Source of the DNA: Tubulanus polymorphus
Lineage: Eukaryota; Animalia; Nemertea
Assembly: GCF_964204645.1 (NCBI RefSeq)
Contig: NC_134030.1
Coordinates: forward strand, 14,010,010 to 14,074,009
DNA length: 64,000 bases
Direction of reading: 5' to 3'
Positions 1 through 14,016 of this stretch are shown piece by piece; position 1 is the stretch's first letter, and each line of letters opens with the position of its first letter. A program made the translations under genes and the position numbers. The notes beneath the pieces are model-generated. The model searched no databases, was not told the origin of the DNA, and worked only from the letters and a program-made list of their open reading frames with translations.

Positions 1-3000
1 AAAAAGCTTAATCTATAATAGGAGTCGTATCTATAATCATCTCGCATAGACTGATTTTCGTTTTTGATGACTTAGGCCTATAGTTATACACTATAAAAAG
101 CTTAATCTATAGTATGAGTTGTTTCTATACTCATGTCAAATACACTTATTTGGTTTTTTATGACAAATATTTATACACTATAAAAAGGCTTAATCTATAG
201 TAGGAGTTGTTTCTATACTCATCTCAAATAAACTGACTTTAGTTTTTGATGACTAATAGACACAATAAAGAGGTTTAATCTATAGAAAGAATCGTTCCTA
301 TACTCATGTCAAATACACTGATTTGGTTCTTGATGACAAATAGTTAAACACTATAAAAAGGCTTAATCTATAGTAGTTGTTGTTTCTATACATATCTCAA
401 ATAAACTGACTGCTGGATTTGAAAACTAATATCTATTCACTATAAAAAAGCTTAATCTACAGTAGGAGTCATTTCTATACTCATCTCAAATAGACTGATA
501 TTGGTTTTTGATAATTCACGCTTATACACTATTAAAAGACTTAATCTATAGTAGGAGTTGTTTCTATACTCATCTAAAATAAACTGACTTTGGATTTCGA
601 TATCGAATACTTATATACTATAAAAATACCTAATCTATAGTAGGAGTTGTTTCTATACTCATCTCAAAAAAACTGACTATGGCTTTTTATTATTAATATT
701 CAACACTATAATCAAGCTTAATCTATAGAAGGAGACGCTTCTATACTCATCTCAAATAAACTGACTTTTAGTTTTTGATGACTAATAGACACAATTAAGA
801 GGCTTAATCTATAGTTGTAGTTGTTTCTATACTCATCTCAAATAAACTGACTTTAGTTTTTGATGACTAATAGACACAATGAAAAAGCTTACTCCATAGT
901 AGGAGTCGTTTCTATACTAATCTCAAATAAACTGACTTATGGTTTTTTGATAGACACAATAAAGAGGCTTAATCTATAGGAGTAGTTGTTTCTATTATCA
1001 TCTCAAATAAAATGACTGTTGGTTTTCGATAATTAATATTTATACACTATAAAAAAGCTTAATCTATAGAAAGAATCGTTCCTTTACTCATGTCAAATAC
1101 ACTGATTTGGTTTTTGATGACAAATAGTTATACACTATAAAAAGGCTTAATCTATAGCAGGAGTTGTTTCTATACATATCTCAAATACCGGTACGGTAAA
1201 CTGACTGCTGGTTTTGATAACTAATATTTATTCACTATAAAAAAGCTTAATCTATAGTAGGAGTCATTTCTACACTCATCTCAAATAGACTGATTTTGGT
1301 TTTTGATAATTAATACTTATACACTATTAAAAGACTAACTCTATAGTAGGAGTCGCTTCTATACTCATCTCAAATAGACTGATTTTGGTTTTTGATAATT
1401 AATACTTATACACTATTAAAAGACTTACTCTATAGTAGGAGTCGTTTCTATACTAATCTCAAATAAACTGACCGTTGGTTTTCGATAATCAATATTTATA
1501 CACTATAAAAAAGCTTAATCTATAGAAAGAGTCGTTTCTATACTCATGTAAAATACACTGAATTGGTTTTCGATGACAAATAGTTATACACTATAAAAAG
1601 GCTTAATCTATAGTAGGAGTTGTTTCTTTACATATCTCAAATAAACTGACTGCTGGTTTTGATAACTAATATTTATACACTATAAAAAAGCTTAATCTAT
1701 AGTAGGAGTCGTTTCTATACTCATCTCAAATAGACTGATTTTGGTTTTTGATAATTAATACTTATACACTATTAAAAGACTTACTCTATAGTAGGAGTCG
1801 TTTCTATACTCATCTCAAATAGACTGATTTTGGTTTTTAATAATTAATACTTATACACTATTAAAAGACTTACTCTATAGTAGGAGTCGTTTCTATACTA
1901 ATCTCAAATAAACTGACTGTTGGTTTTCGATAATCAATATTTATATGCTATAAAAAAGCTTAATCTATAGAAAGAGTCGTTTCTATACTCATGTAAAATA
2001 CACTGATTAGGTTTTCGATGACAAATAGTTATACACTATAAAAAGGCTTAATCTATAGTAGGAGTTGTTTCTTTACATATCTCAAATAAACTGACTGCTG
2101 GTTTTGATAACTAATATTTATACACTATAAAAAAGCTTAATCTATAGTAGGAGTCGTTTCTATACTCATCTCAAATAGACTGATTTTGGTTTTCGATAAT
2201 GAATACCTATACACTATTAAAAGACTTAATCTATAGTAGGAGTTGTTTCTATACTCATCTCAAATAAACTGACTGCTGGTTTTGATAACTAATATTTATA
2301 CACTATAAAAAAGCTTAATCTATAGTAGGAGTCGTTTCTATACTCATCTCAAATAAACTGAGTATGGCTTTTTATAATTAATACTTATACACTATAAAGC
2401 GCTTTATCTATAGTAGGAGTTGTTTATATACATATCTCAAATAGACTGACTGTTGGTTTTTGATAACTAATATTTATACACTATAAAAAAGCTTAATCTA
2501 TAGTAGGAGTCGTTTCTATACTCATCTCAAATAGACTGATTTTGGTTTTTGATAATTAATACTTATACACTATTAAAAGACTTACTCTATAGTAGGAGTC
2601 GTTTCTATACTAATCTCAAATAAACTGACTGTTGGTTTTCGATAATCAATATTTATATGCTATAAAAAAGCTTAATCTATAGAAAGAGTCGTTTCTATAC
2701 TCATGTAAAATACACTGATTAGGTTTTCGATGACAAATAGTTATACACTATAAAAAGGCTTAATCTATAGTAGGAGTTGTTTCTTTACATATCTCAAATA
2801 AACTGACTGCTGGTTTTGATAACTAATATTTATACACTATAAAAAAGCTTAATCTATAGTAGGAGTCGTTTCTATACTCATCTCAAATAGACTGATTTTG
2901 GTTTTCGATAATGAATACTTATACACTATTAAAAGACTTAATCTATAGTAGGAGTTGTTTCTATACTCATCTCAAATAAACTGACTGCTGGTTTTGATAA

Positions 3001-3283
3001 CTAATATTTATACACTATAAAAAAGCTTAATCTATAGTAGGAGTTGTTTCTATACTCATCTCAAATAAACTGAGTATGGCTTTTTATAATTAATACTTAT
3101 ACACTATAAAGCGCTTTATCTATAGTAGGAGTTGTTTATATACATATCTCAAATAGACTGACTGTTGGTTTTTGATAACTAATATTTATACACTACAAAA
3201 AAGCTTAATCTATAGTAGGAGTTCTTTCTAATCTCATTTCAAATAAACTGACTTTGGTTTTTTATAATTAATACTTATACACT
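1..3283. repeat. Tandem satellite, ~89-bp monomer (~37 copies, runs off window start)
   Basis: Monomer like aaaaagcttaatctatagtaggagtcgtttctatactcatctcaaatagactgattttggtttttgataattaatacttatacactat recurs with 84-94 bp spacing; one stray monomer at ~3762-3850. Confidence 0.97.
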
Positions 3284-3851
3284 CACAGGGGTTTGGCGAT
3301 GGGCTTGAATTTTATTTCCGGGTTGTTGATAATCTCGCGAGAATGGCGCTAAATATGAACTGCGAATAAATTCAAAATATCACGGAAATACCTTGTGTTT
3401 ATCTTGTTTATTTATACGCTATAAAGTTTCGATAAACAATTGGTTGTTAAGAATCATTATCAGACGGTCGTCACGCTTTACTATATAAAATCACAAGGGA
3501 TGAAACACATGGCTAATTAGCATACCCAGGTCATTCATCCGATTTGAGAAAAAGCTATTTTTCCTTGACTTTGCACAATTGTCAATTATATTTCTGTAGT
3601 GCAAATAAAAATTCCTTCACAGGGGTTGGAGAATGGATAATGCTCTAATGAATGATTTGTATGAATATATGCTCAGTTGCACAAAGAGCCTTTCATCTGG
3701 AAACCATGTCATTTAAATTCGCTCCATTTGTTTAGTAATAGACTCAGCCTATGGCTGGCCTAAAAAAGACTTAATCTCGAAGGAGTCGCTTCTACACTCA
3801 TCTCAAATAAACTGACTAATGGTTTTTGATAATTAATATTCAAACACTATA

Positions 3852-5230
3852 ACTAGGGGTCCAGGGACACCATGTCCACTTAGAAAGTGGTTTCAATTGC
3901 TCAACTATCTAACAATTTCAATATTCAACACCCCCTGGTGACCATATTCAAAAACCAATTACCTCAAAACTCACCAATCATAGAACATGTCAGCAGCTAC
4001 GATTTTGTAATCGATTGTGATAACAAAATAAGCCTCATTACCAATCTACTAGGCCTATGGAAATACTAGGAGTCATTTCTATACTAGTATAAAATGCGTA
4101 TAACTAAAAAAAAACTTAAAGACTCAGTAACGACTTACCTATTTCATGGCTGACAACTTTCACGTCGAAATTGTGTTTTGGGAGAGGTGACAAGACCTTT
4201 TCCCTTCCGATCTTTTTGATCTCTTCATTGTTCATTCTGAAAATGTAAAAAAAATTGATTTAGCATAGGCGCCTTAATGATAACGATGGAAATTACAAAA
4301 TTGCATAGAGCTTGATGATGGTCAATCATCATATAGGCCTACATGTAGGCCTACCAATATAGGCCGAAGTGCACAACATTGTTCATACAGAAGGAAATCA
4401 AATGAGACTTCCTCATAGTTACTTATCAAACTGCCAGAGCCATGAGAGCAGATACTGTGCTTAATTGAAACCATAATCTTAGAACATGTCACAAGCTTAC
4501 AATTTAACAATTGATTGTGGAAACAAAATTGTGATCGAAATTCAACAGATGTCATTTTCAAGACTGATGACACTTAAGATGGTGGCCAATTGCACGATAA
4601 TTGACTGATTGCAAAAGCGCTCTAGGCCTAATATGATCTCTTCTCAAAGAATATCCATTACGGTGCAGATTCTAATAAAAAATGCAAAACCACTAGGAAG
4701 CTGCTGTCTCAGCATTCAGAGCAAAATTGACCTTTTTGGGCAAATGACCACCACCACACATCCACTCGACTCAATTTGCCTTATGCTGATGGGCCTTGGG
4801 GGGATACAATTATCGCTGAAAGATTAAGACAAACGATGAATCGATTTCAACATTTGCCTTGAAAACATCAAAAATGTTTAAAAAGTGCTGATTTCAGTGA
4901 ACAAAATGGCCACCAGTTGGCCATCTTGTTTCTGACCGTGCCAATTTTTTCGACTGAAGATGTATCTACGGTAGGCCTAGATGCATGTTGAATTTCAATT
5001 CCTAAACGATCAATTGAAACTTCTTCCAATTCTTAAATAGCTGGAGTCCAACTATTGACCCGCATAGGCCTAAGCACAAACGAAAACTTTAAGTGAACGC
5101 AATAAACTCAAGTCCAAGTGGTCTAAAAACTACTGAAAAGTGCGGATTTCGGCAAACAACAATGGCTGCCAGTCGCCCATCTTGAATATGATCGGGCCAG
5201 TTTTTAGGCTGCAGATGGTGTCGGTTCAAC
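3852..5230 (-). mobile_element. Fragmented Helentron-type non-autonomous element (same family as 56673-57953)
   Basis: actaggggtccagggacaccatg at 3852 is the reverse complement of the 3' end at ~57930-57952; 4460-4610 and 4880-4950 match internal parts of that copy in reverse. Confidence 0.75.
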
Positions 5231-5320
5231 TCCGGATTAGGTCAATATAGTTATGTCATGGTGGGTTTTCTTTTATGAAGTGAGTGGTTCGGTTCCTGAT
5301 TTTCGAACGATTCTGCTCCT

Positions 5321-5830
5321 CGACAATGTCTACAATCTAATTGTCGACCGATTCTACCTGTCGACCAATTCTACTGTCGACAATGTCTACAATCTGATTG
5401 TCGACCAATTCTAGCCTATCCGTCGACAATGTCTACAATCTGACTGTCGTCCGATTCTACTCATCGACAATGTCAACAATCCTGATTGACTGTTAATCAA
5501 ATGATTGCAGACAGTGTTGACGAGTAGAATTGGTCGACAAATTTTGGCTGATTCTACTCATCGACATTGTCTACAATCCTGATTCTTACCAATTCTTCTC
5601 GTCGACACTCTCTGCAATCCTGACTGTAAATCAATTTCTGTGTGTAAGGCTGTGTGTGTGTGTGTGTGGATTAACCTTATAGGGTCTATAAAGTGGCTGG
5701 GATCGAGGGTCACCTACCTCCATCAGTTGATTTTCACAATCAGGGTTGTAAACATTGTCGACGAGTAGAATTGGTCGTCAATCAGGATTGTAGACATTTT
5801 CGTCGAGTACAATCAGTCACCAATCAGATT
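5321..5830. repeat. Short (~40-bp) tandem repeats in both orientations (foldback-like) around a (TG)n tract
   Basis: tcgacaatgtctacaatctgattgtcgaccaattctac repeated on +, with reverse-complement copies at ~5505-5545 and ~5750-5820. Confidence 0.7.
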
Positions 5831-6770
5831 AATGAATAGACAAGAACGAACAGCCGACAAACAGGATTTTAGAACTAGGCCTAGGGCTAGGCCTATTTAA
5901 GATAGACTTGACTTCGACTGTATTTCGATGATTATGCCTACCCAGAAAATTAAGTGATAGGCCTATAGGTATCCCAAAAAGATCACTGCCAATCGAAAAC
6001 AAATAGACTTTAGGTTACAATAATGGGATCTGATACGGCAAGCAACATTGCGGCTTACTTGATAGCCGGTACCCACTCTCTCACTCTCTTCTCTACTTTA
6101 CTAGATAGAATTAGATTGAGGATAATCTCTTCTTCTAACCAAAAAAGGCCTCGGCGAATTCGGCCCTAAATGGGGAATAATTGCTTTCTCAAGGTACCAC
6201 GGACCACCGGTTCGGATGAAAGACGTTTTTACATTACATGAATAAGAAGAGACACTTCTAACCTACCTGCGATTAGGCCTACCAACGAAATTTAGCAAAA
6301 TTCAAGGAGAACAGCTGCCGCCATTATCAACGGTTTGGTGATCAATTCAATTCAATTCACCGGCTCTGATTCGAGTTATCCGACTTCGTTCTTAGGTGCT
6401 ACATTTTCTTCACACCGCTTTGTTGGAAAACGTAGATCGCTGTAGGGTAATTTAGCCGCTGAAAACTTTTTAGAACTGCGTGAGTGACAGCTTAATTTTA
6501 GAACTATTTTCATAGCGCATGACGACCTACTAGAGTAGTGCGCCGCCAAGTTCGAGATTCGGCCGCTAGAGGCACCACCGTACGATGCGATGTATATATT
6601 TTCGGTATGAAACTCGATTACGCGAACTACCCTAAAACGAATCTGCCATCTATCTTAAGATGATTTAAGTCAAAATCTGGTGCGCGTTCTTTTGGCTGAC
6701 GCGCTATAAAAATCTGGCGCACAACAAAGGTTTTAAATTGAAAAATAGCGCGTATCTCGGAAATATGAAA

Positions 6771-6771
<1 letters not shown>

Positions 6772-6806
<35 letters not shown>
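6772..6806. repeat. (TA)n microsatellite
   Basis: Direct reading. Confidence 0.98.
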
Positions 6807-6809
<3 letters not shown>

Positions 6810-6851
6810 AATGAGTCCACACATTTACAATGGACAAAAATTTTCCACAAC

Positions 6852-7795
6852 TTTAAATGTTCCTATATTCAAATAATTAGCATATTTTTTATGTGAACTA
6901 ATTGACACCACATTTGTGCTGTGTAATAATCCCAATAACCTTTATCAAAAATACATCATATACATGTTATATGGAGTATTAGACAAAAACATTAAGTCAA
7001 AAAGCAGTAAGTGAAAGAGAAAAAAGCATGTTGCACCCCCACCAAAAATATGTTTTGGTATTAAGTCCATTCAAGTCAAGCACTTATAAAATTAAAATTA
7101 TAACCAGAAAATTATAGTTTAAGTAGGCTAGGCCAAGCAAAACTGGCAGCTTGTCAAAGCGGCATCATGGGGGGGGGGGGCGATGAAGCATCTGTCCCCC
7201 ATAATTTTGGTTACGACCAAATCTTTGTAATGATCACCATTATATTGCGATTTCGCTGAAATGAAATGAAGTGGTTTGCCCCAATAATATCTGTAATTCC
7301 GGTGACGCGCGCCTGCATGTATTAGCCTATAGGCATACGATCATATCGAAAAACAGTACATGAAGGCTTATTCGTACTGGTGTATATATGCTGTTTGCGA
7401 GGCCATATGTCTACACGACAAGTGCTTTCTTAACACAACACTCATCAGCTTATAAGTTATTATACTGTACTATAGGCCTAGATAGATAGAACAGAAAACA
7501 ATTAACAAGACTAGAGTCAGAGAGACATTAAAATTACGGTAAAAGATAAACATACCACCACTATATTCAGAGAACTTTTCCTTCCACCAGACGCACCACT
7601 TAGTTCTTGACTTCAATTCGTGTTCATTGATGAGTGCTGACACCGCCATAAAATCATGACAATCATGACAAGAACAAGACGGATCGGAAGATGAAGTTGA
7701 ATCGTCCGCCATTTTAGGTACGTAGGCAAAGTCTAAATGTATAATTTGCAGACCGAAATGAAGGTGACTCCCAGCAATCTGAAATAGTCAGACCC
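6852..7795 (-). mobile_element. Truncated copy of the Mutator-like element at 36667-37796
   Basis: Ends in the TIR ...ctgaaatagtcagaccc at 7795; carries the same MADDSTSSSDP ORF; homology is lost near 6852. Confidence 0.85.
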
Positions 7796-8057
7796 GAATA
7801 ATTCGATAGCTCTTCCTCATAAAGAAGAGAGAAATTTCGGAAAGAAAACACAACATGGCTACTAATTGAACGGGGCCAAATTTCCGATGTTTACGGCTCG
7901 ACAGTGCCTTTATAACGTGGATTTATCAAAATTCCTATGCAGTATCTGGAGATTGAAGTGAGCTGAAGGATATCATACGGATTGTATCGGCGACAGCGGT
8001 AAGGTAAGGAAGCCTTTACACTTTTAACAAAAACTATGTGGAAAAGGGAAAAAAATA

Positions 8058-10059
8058 AATATAGCTGCAAAGCAGCGATAACGGGTTTCTGCCTTGCTGG
8101 ATTAAATTTTGTACAGGATGCGCGCAAAAATTTCACCGAGATCAGTTCAAAACGTTCCGCTATTTTGAAGGAGCACCACCTAGTAGGCCTAGGGGTCAGC
8201 TCATAACATTGATATGTTGATCCACATTGGCAACTACGCGCAAAGTACCAATGTGCCATGTTCTAGGGAAACAGTATCGAGAATAACGGATATACGGTGT
8301 TTTCATCATCCCCTAGTGGCAGTTGTCTGAACTTATTTTGCCGGTCAGCGTACTATACATATGTATATGTACTGACACTAGGTTTTTTTTCATTTCTATA
8401 ATAAAAGGACTGAATTACACATGGAAAATGGATGCTAGAATCAATTTTCGAAATTTACGCCCCCTAGTGGTTAGAATAGGAACTTATTATGTGAGGGGTC
8501 CGTTGTATCTCATATCCGGGTACACTTGTATGAATTTTCATAGAAATCCCTTTATCCGCTTAGTAGATATGAATACAAATGCATTTCCAGCAACATGAAG
8601 GTGGCGCTCCTGGAGAACCATATAATTTACCTACTTAAACCATACATCAATACAAGTATTTTGAAAAGAGCTACTAACCTCTCACATAGCATCCACAATT
8701 CTATCACCAACAGTTAAGGAGCTAGAAGCAAAAATCGTAGTTTTCACAGCCCCCTGGTGCCAGTTGTATGAACTAATCTTGCAGGTTGGCATATTACACA
8801 CATGCCTTTGTACTTATACCAAGTTTTGTAATTTACATAATAAACAGACTGCATTACATGCGAAAAATGTATGCTAAAATCGATTTTTCAAAATTTACGC
8901 CACCTAGTGTTAAAATAGGAACTAATAATGTGAGGGGTTCGTTGCATTTAGTAACCAGGTACATGTGTATCAATTTTTATAGAAATCCATTGATACCCTT
9001 AGTCGATATAGATGAAAACGCGATTTTCCAGCGTCTTATAGGTGGCGCTACTGGAGAACCATATGAGTTACATAGTTATACCATACATTAATACAAGCGT
9101 CTTGTCAAGGGCTACTGATCACTCATTGCAACCACGATTCTATCTCCAACGGTTAAGGAGCTAGAAGCAAAAATCTCATTAAAAATATTTGGGGCCCATT
9201 TTCGAGCCCGTAGAGCCCAAACGGTTAATCGCAGATAGGGCGTGCCACTCACTTTTTTAACCTCCGGACTGTTATGAACAACTTTCGTGCTCGCCCGAAG
9301 CTGAAAAGTCAAAGACAAAAAATTTTCTCACACAGTAACTTTTCGATGTCAGAATTTTCAAATGTAAAACACCCCCTGGTGGGTGAACGGGGTCCCGATC
9401 TAAGATCCCCTCGACTTACCTCAAGGTACCTGAGTTCCGTACATCTCAGGAAAGTTTCAAGTAAATCCGTCAAGGAATATTGTAATGCTACCAGAATATA
9501 ATCATCCATGCTCTCGCGTATAGCTGCATTAATTAGCTCTATACAGGGAAGATACTGCCAGGATGCTATTGCTTGTATAGGCGACACAAACAAGGCTAAA
9601 TTCCTCAGTTGCGTTCACTCGAGACTGACCTCAATCAGTGCACCACAATAGTAGAAGAGATAAAAATACTAAAAAAACTACTGATCTAGTACACCAGCTC
9701 TATCAATGCTTATAGGGACACTGACACAAACACACATACTGACGCGCTGTGGGAATGACACACAGGCAATACACATACGTAGATGGATACTGTTTGAATC
9801 GGGCTTAAATTTCGATGTTTAGAGGCTCACAGTGAGTAAACAGAGGCATTCTGATTAATATTATACGCAGTATTTGTCAATGCAGTGTAGTACTTGTGAC
9901 ACAGAATGGATTCACCGACAGTGAAAGTAAGTTGCAGTAGTTTATATGCTTTCAGTAAGATCCAGTGTGAAAAAGAATATAATAATAATAATAATAACAA
10001 TAATAATAATAATCAGCAGGAATACAATAGGGTTTCTGCGAAGGCAGCAGAAACCCTAA
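8058..10059 (-). mobile_element. Helentron-type non-autonomous element, family 2
   Basis: On -: 5' subterminal IR/hairpin (agggtttctgc...gcagaaaccct, ~10029-10057), (ATT)n tract, ~440-bp internal repeats (~8310, ~8750), 3' subTIR plus gctgctttgcagc hairpin in T-rich site; a second 3' end abuts at 10060-10092. Confidence 0.65.
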
Positions 10060-10723
10060 ATATAGCTGCAAAGCAGCGATAACGGGTTTTCTGAGCAGGC
10101 GTGCTATTCATAGTTTGAAAAGTGGTTACGGAAACGACTCGTCAGCTTGATGAGTTGTATGTATTATGATTGTGCGCCACCTGCATCTTCCGAAATAATG
10201 TTCATATAATTATTTGAAGGGAGGATTGAAATCAATTATCAACGTACATCTGAATATGTAATAGTCCTTAGTAACTTTCTGTTGCAGAGGGCATAGAAAA
10301 GATTTTGAAATTATTTAATTAAAATATAAATGTTATTAACGAAAAATAAACTATTATGGTCAGTACAAATTGAAAATTCATAGTGTATTTTTAAGAACAA
10401 GCTTACATAGCTTACAGAATACATCACGTACATTTGAATTTTATAAGTGATGGGTAAAAATCAACGTGTGACAGAAAAAAATTTAGTTAATTATTTAACA
10501 ATATCGAAATTTGTGCTCTCTTTTTAAACTAATGGAGTGATACGCAATTAATCACATGGCCTGTATTAAAAGATAGAACATACAAGTTGGATATTTATAA
10601 GTCGAAACATGTGAACAGAAACTAAAACTTTGATGTCAGTGACCAGTATCGAATTACACAACGACAATTGGCTTTAAACTCAACAAACATTATTAAAGAA
10701 TGTTTCAAACAAAATGCTTTATA

Positions 10724-12743
10724 TGTAGCGGAAATTCGTTTCACTTCGTTCTGTTCTTTTTATTTTCCAGCTGCAGAGTCCTCCCCAGCTCAGTCTAAAA
10801 TTCATATTAAATTCCTATTAAAAGTTTGTATGATGTAAAATAAAACCTTATAATGTATTTGTAACTCTGAGACAAGAATGTTTAATGCTTTGGACTTCGG
10901 TCTGGTGGATTAGAAACTATTTTTATTTCTATCTTAATGAAATATTGTATGATTTAATCTGAATTCAAAAACTGTACCTAAAGACCTTTTCTATGTGTTC
11001 GGGTCACTCCCGGTTTGTATTTTTCGAGTTAATGTGCCTGAATCGATGTTCCCGTGCTTAAATCGATATTTTTATGCTGTGCTCTGTGCCCGAGATGGCG
11101 CCACTATACGGTTCTTAATTATATTGTGTGCTCGGGGTGCTTTGTTTTAACCAATTAGATGGGGTTACGTCATAATCTGGGCTCTATAAAAGGCAAAAAT
11201 GTGCTTTATTAATTAGTCTCGGTGCACATTCTTAGGTGTGTATTACTAAGATTTTGAACTATGGGGGGAGGGATTAATCTAATTTTCTTAGTAAGTCATA
11301 CTTAGCACTGATTCTCTTTAAGTATTTCTTGGTCCTTATTCTCAAAGTTGTTTTTCTTCCAAGATGTTTTCGGAAAACAATCTTTCAGGGTTCGAGGAGG
11401 TTTTCTCCTTCGAATTATTCCCCGAAAGTATTCTTCTTTCCGATTTCCTCTCTTGGTTTTTCCCTCAACTTTTGAGTTTGCGGAGTAGTGACCATCTCTT
11501 ACATAAAAATAATAGGAAGAATGATTAAATAAATACTTAACTGGAACTATGATTAAATATAGCGAAAATTCTTATCTTTATTAAGAGCACTTAGAGTTAC
11601 ATCTTCTTTAGCGTAAAACGAGCGCAGGGTTTAAGTAACTATTGTTGAGTCGTAATGTTAGAATATCTGAAATCTTTATTCCTAATACTTTTGAATTCTG
11701 GTGCGAGTCGTGCACTTGTATTAAGGGCAATATGCCCTTGTTAATCTCCTCCTTTGGTGGCCGGTTGGCCATCTTATCTACCTTAAATGTTGTAAATAAG
11801 AGATAACCTCGAGGTTGTGTATATATTGTTCATTGTTCGAATATTTCCAAGAAATAATAAATAGTATTCAAGAGAATATTATCATATACATAAAATTCTA
11901 AATCTTTGCCTTTTTCCCTAAACTATTTTTGTGGTGTCGGATTTACTATCAATTGAGGAAAGGATTTTCTTGTGCATTTTTGGGATTCTGTGACACCATA
12001 AAATATTCTTGAAGAATCTTGTGGGTTGGAGAGTTTAGGGCATCATGTAAGTCTTCAAAAAGGGGAAGCATTGAGGGCACCCTCTAGTGGGAGAGGCCAA
12101 ATATTGGTGAATGCTCCTCGTTTTATTTAGTTGGTATCTATTATTCTTTTTGAAGCTAAACGCCTGATCAGGTCGGCTGTGGAGGCTGGAAATACTTGTA
12201 GCGCTGGACGCAGTCCTGTATTTCCTCCTCAGTCGGAGAGAAAGCTAGAGGATTTTTATTTTATTTGACTCATTCATGATTCTTCTATTAATTCTTTTGG
12301 TCACAGTTTTTCATACATGCACACGCCTTTTTCATGGGTGATTTGTGAGGACATTCAGTCACCCGTGTTACCATTATGACTTATCACTGAGAATTAGGAC
12401 TCCTTTAAGTATTCTCACTCACCAGAGGAAGACTTGACATATTTTTGCGCGTTAAATCTCATGGAGGAAAACAAGAGAATTTTCCCCTTCTAGCTTCTCT
12501 ACCTCCCAGATGCTAGTGACGTGAGCGAACCCTAGAAGCGACGCCTATATGCAACTTTTTCCTTAAATGTATAGGATTATAGAAAGAGAGAGAGAGAGAG
12601 AGTTACCTGTATTCCCTCTTGGTCGAGGAAATTCCGAGAGTTGAGACCTTAGACTTGACATTATGAATTTTAACGGAAACGGAAGTAGATTTTTGTAGTC
12701 ACTTGCCAGAGCACGCTACCCCGAATCCCGGTATTCCGCTTCA
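10724..12743 (+). repeat. 5' LTR of element A (2020 bp)
   Basis: TGTAGCGGAA...TTCCGCTTCA termini; near-identical to 19042-20512 and to inverted 46660-48720; CCAAT ~11151, TTACGTCA ~11165, TATAAAA ~11185. Confidence 0.96.
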
Positions 12744-12745
12744 AA

Positions 12746-12763
12746 TGGTGGCAGCGGTGGGAT
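12746..12763 (+). promoter_or_regulatory. Primer-binding site, tRNA-Leu(AAG/UAG)-type
   Basis: TGGTGGCAGCGGTGGGAT 2 nt after the LTR; complementary to the ...ATCCCACCGCTGCCA-CCA end of metazoan tRNA-Leu. Confidence 0.9.
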
Positions 12764-13042
12764 TTTCTTCGATATAAGCACATACGTGCATTATTACTAT
12801 TTTTTTTATCGATACGTTGTAGAGGTTTAGCCTCCCTTGGTGAGTGAGTCTCCGTAGAGTAATATAATCCGACACCCTCCCTTTTCTCTTATCATTTGAA
12901 CTACATTAAACTATAAAGGTTAGGTCAGGAAGTTTAGTTAGGTAGAAACCACAGCAGAGTTTGTTTATCGTTTTTCCGTGATAAAACTTTCTTTCATTCT
13001 TTTCATAGCGTATTTGTCTGTGAGTCTTTCGTGTGAATAAGA

Positions 13043-14016
13043 ATGAGTCGTCCGGCTACCCGCTCCATAACTAGATCTCTTGATAGAAGTAGAAGTGATG
13101 AAGATATTCGCCATTTAGCCGAAGCCAGGGATGAACCGGGTATACAGAGTCTGTCTAGGGGTGACGGACCTGGTGTTAATTCCTCGGCGATGGATGTAGT
13201 ATGTCCAAATGTTTCCTCCGAGGCCTACAATTATAAAATGAAACCTGAAAGTTATAATGGTGATACTAGCTGGTCTGATTACCGGTTAAGTTTTGAGACC
13301 GTTTCTCGTATTAACTCGTGGCCTGATCATGCAAAAGCCGATAATCTTTTTGCTTCACTTCGGGGTGCAGCTAGACAGTTGGTCTGTGCAAAACTTTCCT
13401 CAGGTGAAGCACTTAATTACTTTGAGATGTGCAAAGTTCTCGAATCAAGGTTCGGCAAAGGTGCCCATTCTCAGACCTATTTGGCTGAGCTCAAGAATCG
13501 CCGCCGTAAAAGACATGAATCCTTGCGAGAGTTGGGTCAATCTATTCTTGTTTCATGAGCACTTGCGTACCCAGATTTTCCGGGGGACCAACGCGAACAG
13601 ATGGCGCGTATGCATTTATTGAAGCTTTAGAGGATAAGGGAATGAGATTAAAACTGTGGCAAACCATCTACCAAAGCTTGGACGAGCTTATTAGTTTCGC
13701 TCTACGAATAGAGGGTATTCAGCTTATGGAAAATGAGCGGGAGGATAGATCCAATATTCCTGTTTATCAGGTTCGCTCTTCCGAGGCTGCTAGAAATGAT
13801 GAGATTACGCGCCTGCGTCAGGACTTTGAGAGGCGTAACGCTAATATCAGTAAATTCGTGTCGCAACAAAATGACTATCCTGAGTACAGGTTCAAGCAGT
13901 GTTATCGATGGTTAAGATATGGCCATTTAGCGCGCCATTGTAGGAACCCCCCTTCTTCTCAACCTCATAGAGAGAGTTTAAACGAGAAGCGGCTGGTCCA
14001 ACAGGGGAAAGATTAG
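13043..14016 (+). pseudogene. gag: gag of element A (disrupted)
   Basis: KPESYNG..W.DY...FE...IN.W capsid-like block shared with B and C; in-frame TGA at 13556, frameshift near 13615, degenerate knuckle CYRWLRYGHLARHC. Confidence 0.9.

Noticed and set aside
1-3283. CRISPR-like array
   Set aside because: Monomers are contiguous with no unique spacers, there are no cas genes, and the context is eukaryotic
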